64,000 nt of DNA from an uncultured Parabacteroides sp. (lineage in GTDB: Bacteria > Bacteroidota > Bacteroidia > Bacteroidales > Tannerellaceae): contig CASFNG010000003.1 in the NCBI GenBank assembly GCA_949296075.1, positions 113,419 through 177,418 on the forward strand, read 5' to 3'. The notes below the pieces were generated by a model. The model saw only the letters and a program-made list of their open reading frames with translations, searched no databases and had not been told where the DNA came from. The position numbers and the translations under genes were made by a program. Shown here in pieces: positions 58,326-64,000 of this stretch (positions within the stretch are counted from its first letter, which is position 1; each line of letters opens with the position of its first letter).

Positions 58326-59564
58326 ATGAGCGCCTACGTTTCCCCCTTCTCCAAGCCGGTTTACGTGATGCTGAAGCCCGTAGGATCGGTATGCAACTTA
58401 GCCTGCGAATATTGCTATTACTTGGAAAAAGGCAAGTTTTATCCGGACACCAAGAGCCAGGTCATGACCGACGAGATCTTGGAACGGTTCATCCGGGAAT
58501 ATATGGAATGCCAGACCCTCCCGGAGGTGTTGTTCACCTGGCATGGCGGAGAGACGCTCATGCGCCCGATAAGCTTCTACAAAAAGGCGCTGGAATTGCA
58601 GCGGAAGTACGCGCGAGGACGGCGTATCGACAATTGTATCCAGACGAATGGCACGCTGCTGACCGATGACTGGTGCCGTTTCTTCAAGGAGAATAATTTC
58701 TTGGTGGGCATCTCCATAGACGGGCCGCAGGAGTTCCATGATGAATACCGGAGGAACAGGCAGGGAATCCCCTCGTTCTATAAGGTGATGAAGGGGATCG
58801 AGCTGCTGAAAAAGCATGGGGTGGAATACAACGCGATGGCGGTCGTGAACGATTACAACGTGGACTACCCGCTGGAGTTCTACCGATTTTTCAAGGATAT
58901 TGACTGCCATTATATCCAGTTCGCCCCGATCGTGGAGCGGATCGGATGGCATAAGGAAGGGACACGGCTCGCCAGCCCGCAGGAACAGGACGCGGCGATC
59001 CGGCTGGCACCTTTCTCCGTGGACAGCGGGAAATGGGGGGATTTCCTCTGCGCCCTGTTCGACGAGTGGCTGAAAGAGGACGTGGGTAAATTCTATATCC
59101 AGCTGTTCGACTCCACGTTGGCGAACTGGGTCGGGGAGCAGCCGGGCGTATGTACCCTGGCCCGCTACTGCGGTCATGCCGGCGTGATGGAGTTCAACGG
59201 CGATGTCTATGCCTGCGACCATTTCGTGTTCCCGGAATATAAGTTGGGCAATATCCGCACCCATACCTTGACGGAGATGATGTATAGCCCCCGCCAACAG
59301 GAGTTCGGCAGGGATAAGTATGATAAGCTCCCCTCGCGGTGCAAGGAATGCGAGTTCCTTTTCGCCTGCCACGGGGAATGCCCTAAGAACCGGTTCCTCC
59401 ATACACCCGAAGGAGAACCGGGACTGAACTATCTGTGTGAGGGATACCTGAAGTTCTTCAAGCACGTGGCTCCCTACATGGATTTTATGAAGAATGAATT
59501 ATTGAACCAACGTCCTCCAGCGAATGTAATGGAATGGGCTAAACAACGACAACATGAATATTAA
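58326..59564 (+). CDS. Anaerobic sulfatase maturase-type radical SAM/SPASM enzyme
   Basis: CNLACEYC, WHGGE, QTNG; SPASM cysteines (YACDHF, CKEC..CHGECPKNR, NYLCEG). Confidence 0.92.
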   Translation: MSAYVSPFSKPVYVMLKPVGSVCNLACEYCYYLEKGKFYPDTKSQVMTDEILERFIREYMECQTLPEVLFTWHGGETLMRPISFYKKALELQRKYARGRRIDNCIQTNGTLLTDDWCRFFKENNFLVGISIDGPQEFHDEYRRNRQGIPSFYKVMKGIELLKKHGVEYNAMAVVNDYNVDYPLEFYRFFKDIDCHYIQFAPIVERIGWHKEGTRLASPQEQDAAIRLAPFSVDSGKWGDFLCALFDEWLKEDVGKFYIQLFDSTLANWVGEQPGVCTLARYCGHAGVMEFNGDVYACDHFVFPEYKLGNIRTHTLTEMMYSPRQQEFGRDKYDKLPSRCKECEFLFACHGECPKNRFLHTPEGEPGLNYLCEGYLKFFKHVAPYMDFMKNELLNQRPPANVMEWAKQRQHEY

Positions 59565-61086
59565 CAGACGTGAATTCCTTAAGACAGGAAGTATTGTTAT
59601 GCTGGGATCATTAGCTACCCCCTCCCTATTAGGAGGTTGCGCGAGCAAGGAGAGTGATAAGGCGGCAGGGGTATCGTTTGCCATGAACTATTTCAAGGTG
59701 AGCGAGGGAGACCTGCGCAAGGTATTGGCAGCGGCGCTGGAAAAGGGAGGCGACTACGCCGACCTCTTCTTCGAGCACTCGTACAGGAACAATGTAGGCC
59801 TGCAAGATGGGGCCGTCAACCGAGCCTCTTCCAACATCGACTTCGGGATGGGCGTACGGGTCTTGGCCGGAGATCAGACAGGCTATGCCTACGTGGAGAA
59901 CATCACCTTGGACGAGATGCTGAAAGCCGCGCGTACCGCCGCTCGGATCGCCTCGGGCTCCGCGAATACGAATCCGATCAACCTGACGGAAAAAACGAGC
60001 GCGAATAATTATTACAGCGTACAAACGCCTTGGGACGAGATCGCCATCAACGACAAGATGCCGTTCCTGCAAAAGCTGAACGACCAGATCTTCGCCAAGG
60101 ATAAACGGGTGACGAAGGTGATGGCCTCCCTCGGCGACACGACCTCTCATATCCTTTTCTGCAACTCGGAAGGGCAAATGTATTACGACTACCGCCCGAT
60201 GGTGACACTTGGCGCCGTCTGCGTCATGGAGGAGAACGGCAAGATCGAGAACTCGTACGCCTCGCGGGCTTTCCGCATGGGGGCGGAATTCCTGACCGAC
60301 GGGCTGATCGAGGAGATCGCCCAGGAGGCAGTGGACAAGACCTCGATCCTGTTCCAGGCGATCAAGCCCAAGGGAGGAGAAATGCCTGTCGTGATGGGCG
60401 CCGGAGGTTCGGGTATCTTGCTTCACGAGGCGATCGGCCATGCTTTCGAGGCCGACTTCAACAGGAAGAATACCTCTATCTTCTCCGATCAGCTGAACAA
60501 GAAGGTTTGCGATGAGCATATCAATGTCGTGGACGATGGCACGATCCCCTTCAACCGGGGATCGGTCAATATCGATGACGAAGGTATCGACGGACAGAAA
60601 ACATATATCGTGCGGGAAGGTATCTTGACCAGCTATCTCCACGATCGCATCAGCGCGAAACACTACGGCATCGCCTCTACCGGCAACGGTCGCCGCGAAT
60701 CTTTCCGGCAAATGCCTATACCTCGTATGCGTGCCACCTACATGGAGGCCGGCAACGTGACGGAAGAGGACATTATTTCTACCGTAAAGAAGGGTATTTA
60801 CGCCGCCAACTTCACCAACGGACAGGTGCAGATCGGAGCGGGAGATTTCACTTTCTTCGTGAAAGACGGGTACCTGATCGAGAACGGGAAGCTCACGCAA
60901 CCGATCAAGGACATCAATATTATCGGCAACGGTCCGAAAGCGTTGGCGGACATTACGATGGTCGGGAATAATTACAAAATGGACAACGGCACATGGACGT
61001 GCGGCAAAGACGGACAGTCTTGCCCGGTTACCTGCGGAATGCCGTCAGCCTTAGTCAGCAAACTTACAGTAGGAGGAGAAAATTGA
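59554..61086 (+). CDS. tldD: TldD metalloprotease with Tat/lipoprotein signal
   Basis: HEAIGH zinc motif, TGNGRRES, PRM, CGKDGQ; N-terminal RREFLK...LGGC. Confidence 0.93.
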   Translation: MNINRREFLKTGSIVMLGSLATPSLLGGCASKESDKAAGVSFAMNYFKVSEGDLRKVLAAALEKGGDYADLFFEHSYRNNVGLQDGAVNRASSNIDFGMGVRVLAGDQTGYAYVENITLDEMLKAARTAARIASGSANTNPINLTEKTSANNYYSVQTPWDEIAINDKMPFLQKLNDQIFAKDKRVTKVMASLGDTTSHILFCNSEGQMYYDYRPMVTLGAVCVMEENGKIENSYASRAFRMGAEFLTDGLIEEIAQEAVDKTSILFQAIKPKGGEMPVVMGAGGSGILLHEAIGHAFEADFNRKNTSIFSDQLNKKVCDEHINVVDDGTIPFNRGSVNIDDEGIDGQKTYIVREGILTSYLHDRISAKHYGIASTGNGRRESFRQMPIPRMRATYMEAGNVTEEDIISTVKKGIYAANFTNGQVQIGAGDFTFFVKDGYLIENGKLTQPIKDINIIGNGPKALADITMVGNNYKMDNGTWTCGKDGQSCPVTCGMPSALVSKLTVGGEN

Positions 61087-61088
61087 TT

Positions 61089-62408
61089 ATGATTACGAAC
61101 GAAAACAAGAAGTTGGCCCAATGGGCTATGGAATATGCCTTGAAAAATGGCTGCCAGGCATCGCGCGTAACGATCTACAACGGTTCCAGCAGCTCTTTCG
61201 AGATCCGCGACATGAAGATAGACCGTTTGCAGCAAGCATCGGAGAACAGCATGGTGATTCATCTCTTTGTTGACGGACGTTACGGCTCCTACTCGACCAA
61301 CAGGCTCGACAAGAAAGAATTGGAGAAGTTCATTAAAGACGGCATAGCCTCTACCCGTTTCCTGGCGGAGGACAAGGCCCGTACCTTGCCGGACGCCTCC
61401 CTATACTATAAAGGGGGCGGTGCCGACCTTCAACTGATTGATCCGGACTTCGACAGCGTGCAGCCGGACGACAAAGTGGCGCTGGCAATGGCCGTCTGCG
61501 AGGAGATCATGGGGAAAGACGAACGCATCATCTCAGCGAACGCCTCTTATAGCGACGAGAAAGACTTCAAATACATCGTGGCAAGCAATGGCTTCGAAGG
61601 GGAGACATCCGGCTCTTCTTACGGACTGACCGGTAGCGTCAGTGTACGAGGAGAAGGTGAAGCCCGCCCCGAATCCTACTGGTATGAGTCGTCCTTGTAT
61701 TACAAGGAGCTGATAAAGGAAGGCATCGGTACCAAGGCTCTCGAACGTACGCTCCGGAAATTAGGGCAGCGCAAGGTGGCTTCCGGGAAGTACGCGATGG
61801 TATTGGATAACATGAATTCCGGACGGATGTTGTCGCCTGTCATCAGCGCCATCTACGGCTCTTCCATCCAGCAGAAGATCTCTTTCTTGTTGGACAAGCT
61901 CGACCAGAAGGTTGTCAGCGAGAAAATGACCTTGATCGACGAACCGCATTTGGCGAAAACTCCCGGCGCACGCTATTTCGACGGGGAAGGAATCGCCACG
62001 AAACGGTTGCCCGTGTTCGAGGATGGCGTACTAAAGACCTATTACATCGACACCTATTCGGCGAACAAGCTGAATGTGGCGCAAACCATAGGCTCTCCTT
62101 CCATCTTGACCATGAAGCAAGGGGATAAAGACGTGAACGGATTGATTGCGTCCCTCCAGAAGGGTATATTAGTCACCGGATTCAACGGGGGAAACTGTAA
62201 CAGTACAACCGGCGACTTTTCCTATGGTATCGAGGGATTCCTGATCGAGAACGGCAAACTTACCCAGCCCGTATCTGAGATGAATGTCACGGGAAATATG
62301 CTCACGTTGTGGAGCGACTTGGAAGAGGTCGGCAATGACCCGAGGATGTCGTCGAGTTGGCGTATTCCCTCGCTCCTCTTCAAGAACGTGAACTTCAGCG
62401 GATTATAA
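61089..62408 (+). CDS. pmbA: PmbA/TldE protease subunit
   Basis: FDGEG, TTGDFS, PVSEMNVTGN, PSLL; start at MITNENK; no signal peptide. Confidence 0.92.
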   Translation: MITNENKKLAQWAMEYALKNGCQASRVTIYNGSSSSFEIRDMKIDRLQQASENSMVIHLFVDGRYGSYSTNRLDKKELEKFIKDGIASTRFLAEDKARTLPDASLYYKGGGADLQLIDPDFDSVQPDDKVALAMAVCEEIMGKDERIISANASYSDEKDFKYIVASNGFEGETSGSSYGLTGSVSVRGEGEARPESYWYESSLYYKELIKEGIGTKALERTLRKLGQRKVASGKYAMVLDNMNSGRMLSPVISAIYGSSIQQKISFLLDKLDQKVVSEKMTLIDEPHLAKTPGARYFDGEGIATKRLPVFEDGVLKTYYIDTYSANKLNVAQTIGSPSILTMKQGDKDVNGLIASLQKGILVTGFNGGNCNSTTGDFSYGIEGFLIENGKLTQPVSEMNVTGNMLTLWSDLEEVGNDPRMSSSWRIPSLLFKNVNFSGL

Positions 62409-62434
62409 TATCCGATCCGGAACGAATAATAAAG

Positions 62435-62481
62435 AAAAGCCCCATCCTTATCCTCGCATAAGAGGAAGGAAGGGGTTTTTT
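62435..62481. terminator. Imperfect bidirectional terminator
   Basis: AAAAGCCCC.TCCTT.TCCTC...GAGGAAGGA.GGGGTTTTTT between convergent genes. Confidence 0.7.
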
Positions 62482-62492
62482 GTTCGCCAACC

Positions 62493-62699
62493 TTACAAAG
62501 CGCTTGCCTTAAAACCGGCCTCCGTGACGGCGGAAAGAATCGTCTCCGCCGGCAGGTCGGTCGTTATGGTCAAGGTCTTGTCCGGAGACTTAAGGTCGAT
62601 CGACCATTGATCCTCCTGCACCAACTTGTTCAACTTGGCACCGATAGCCGCCACACATCCGCCACACTTAGCGTTTGTCTTGAATTTTAATGTCGCCAT
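62493..62699 (-). CDS. copZ: Heavy-metal-associated (HMA) copper chaperone
   Basis: 68 aa, KCGGC motif, directly downstream of the P1B ATPase. Confidence 0.8.
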   Translation of the reverse strand: MATLKFKTNAKCGGCVAAIGAKLNKLVQEDQWSIDLKSPDKTLTITTDLPAETILSAVTEAGFKASAL

Positions 62700-62717
62700 A
62701 TCATATATATTTAAAAA

Positions 62718-64000
62718 TTAAAGTCGTGTCCATTTCAAGCGCAGGCTATTCAACACCACCGATACGGAGCTGAACGCCATCGCCGCACTCGCCATCATCG
62801 GGTTCAGCATCAGGCCATTCACGGGGAACAGGGCACCGGCAGCCAGCGGGATCCCGATCAAGTTATAGATAAATGCCCAAAACAGGTTCTGGTGGATCGA
62901 GTGAACCGTACGCCTTGAGAGGCGGATCGCGTCAGGGAGCAGCATCAAGTCTGAGGTAATCAGCGTAACCATCGCCACATCCATCGCTATATCTGTCCCC
63001 TTCCCCATCGCCACGCTCACATCCGCGCGAGCCAAGGCCTGCGAGTCGTTGATACCGTCGCCCACCATCGCCACCTTTTTCCCGGAAGATTGCAACTCAC
63101 GGATATAGGATTCCTTATCACCCGGCAATACCTCCGAGCGATAATGGCGGATACCCAGCGACTGAGCCACCGTCTCGGCTGTCCGTCGCCCGTCACCGGT
63201 AAGCAGATGTACCTCGATACCCATACCTTGCATGACGGCTACCGCCTCCTTGGAGGTAGGCTTCAGTCTATCCGCAATCGCGATCGCCGCCAATACCTCC
63301 GGGCCTACCCCGTAATAGACGACGCTCTTTCCGCTCTCTTCCCAAGTATCAACCGTCCGCGACTTATCTGCCGGGACTGCCGCCCCAAACGATTCCAAGA
63401 ATCCTTTGCTTCCGACCCAATACATATCCTCTTTATAACGGAGCTGGATCCCCCGTCCTGTCACGCTCTCAAACTGATCCGCATCGATCTCTTCCGTGAC
63501 GTGCCGATCCTCCATCCACGAAAGGATCGCGGAAGCCAAGGGATGTTCCGACCGTTTCTCGGCGGTATAGAGAATGCTCATCCGCTCCTCGCTCGGCTCT
63601 GTCATCCAAAGCGCGTCCGTCACGACCGGAACACCCTCGGTCAAGGTCCCCGTCTTGTCCAAGACAACCGTATCCACCTCCCGAAGATTCTCCAAGGCGA
63701 AAGCATCCTTAATTAATATATGATGTTCCGCCCCTTTCCCGATCCCCACCATCAAGGCGGTAGGCGTGGCAAGTCCCAACGCACAAGGGCAGGCGATCAC
63801 CAATACCGAGACCGCCGACAAGAGGGCGAACGAGAAGTAATCACTCCCCCCGACCGAGATCCAGACAATAAAGGTAAGAAGCGAAAGACCGACCACGACC
63901 GGCACGAATATCCGGCTGATCTTATCCACGATACGTTGCACGGGAGCCTTACTGCCCTGTGCCTCCTGCACCATCCGGACGATCTGCGACAAGACGGTGG
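62718..64000 (-). CDS. copA: Cu(I)-translocating P1B ATPase (5' part outside the window)
   Basis: CPCALGLATP, DKTGT, SEHPL, GDGIND, YN and MAFSS motifs. Confidence 0.93.
   Translation of the reverse strand, partial: TVLSQIVRMVQEAQGSKAPVQRIVDKISRIFVPVVVGLSLLTFIVWISVGGSDYFSFALLSAVSVLVIACPCALGLATPTALMVGIGKGAEHHILIKDAFALENLREVDTVVLDKTGTLTEGVPVVTDALWMTEPSEERMSILYTAEKRSEHPLASAILSWMEDRHVTEEIDADQFESVTGRGIQLRYKEDMYWVGSKGFLESFGAAVPADKSRTVDTWEESGKSVVYYGVGPEVLAAIAIADRLKPTSKEAVAVMQGMGIEVHLLTGDGRRTAETVAQSLGIRHYRSEVLPGDKESYIRELQSSGKKVAMVGDGINDSQALARADVSVAMGKGTDIAMDVAMVTLITSDLMLLPDAIRLSRRTVHSIHQNLFWAFIYNLIGIPLAAGALFPVNGLMLNPMMASAAMAFSSVSVVLNSLRLKWTRL

Noticed and set aside
58234-62408. Bona fide RiPP cluster
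   Set aside because: No convincing precursor peptide, RRE domain or exporter; the rSAM looks like a standard sulfatase maturase.
1-64000. CRISPR array, IS element, integrase or prophage
   Set aside because: No regularly spaced repeats and no transposase, integrase or phage ORFs were recognised.

Overview
Bacteroidetes chromosomal segment, probably Parabacteroides-like (inferred from TAnnTTTG promoters, gene order and protein families). From left to right: clpC; a ~22 kb, 23-gene minus-strand type II FAS/PKS cluster of the aryl-polyene/flexirubin superfamily, lying just downstream of a tRNA-Gly/Leu/Leu operon and showing no ammonia-lyase, DarAB or halogenase genes; purine-salvage, peptidase and permease genes; a cobalamin riboswitch with an anaerobic cbi operon; cell-envelope genes (lytic transglycosylase, T9SS type-B CTD protein, LysM protein, beta-barrel); an AT-rich beta-barrel plus surface-lipoprotein module behind a ~190 nt nested-palindrome leader; a stand-alone sRNA candidate; cbiA and panB; a fimbrillin gene with an in-frame TAG and an AT-rich 3' half; a PepSY-like gene with a two-component system sharing tandem operator boxes; exonuclease, amidase, radical SAM/SPASM-tldD-pmbA, copZ and a partial copA. 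No integrase, transposase, reverse transcriptase or CRISPR array was seen. The best candidates for undescribed biology are the structured leader module (46.5-48.4 kb), the atypical lipid BGC and the mosaic fimbrillin. All family assignments come from recognising motifs by eye; no database searches were run.
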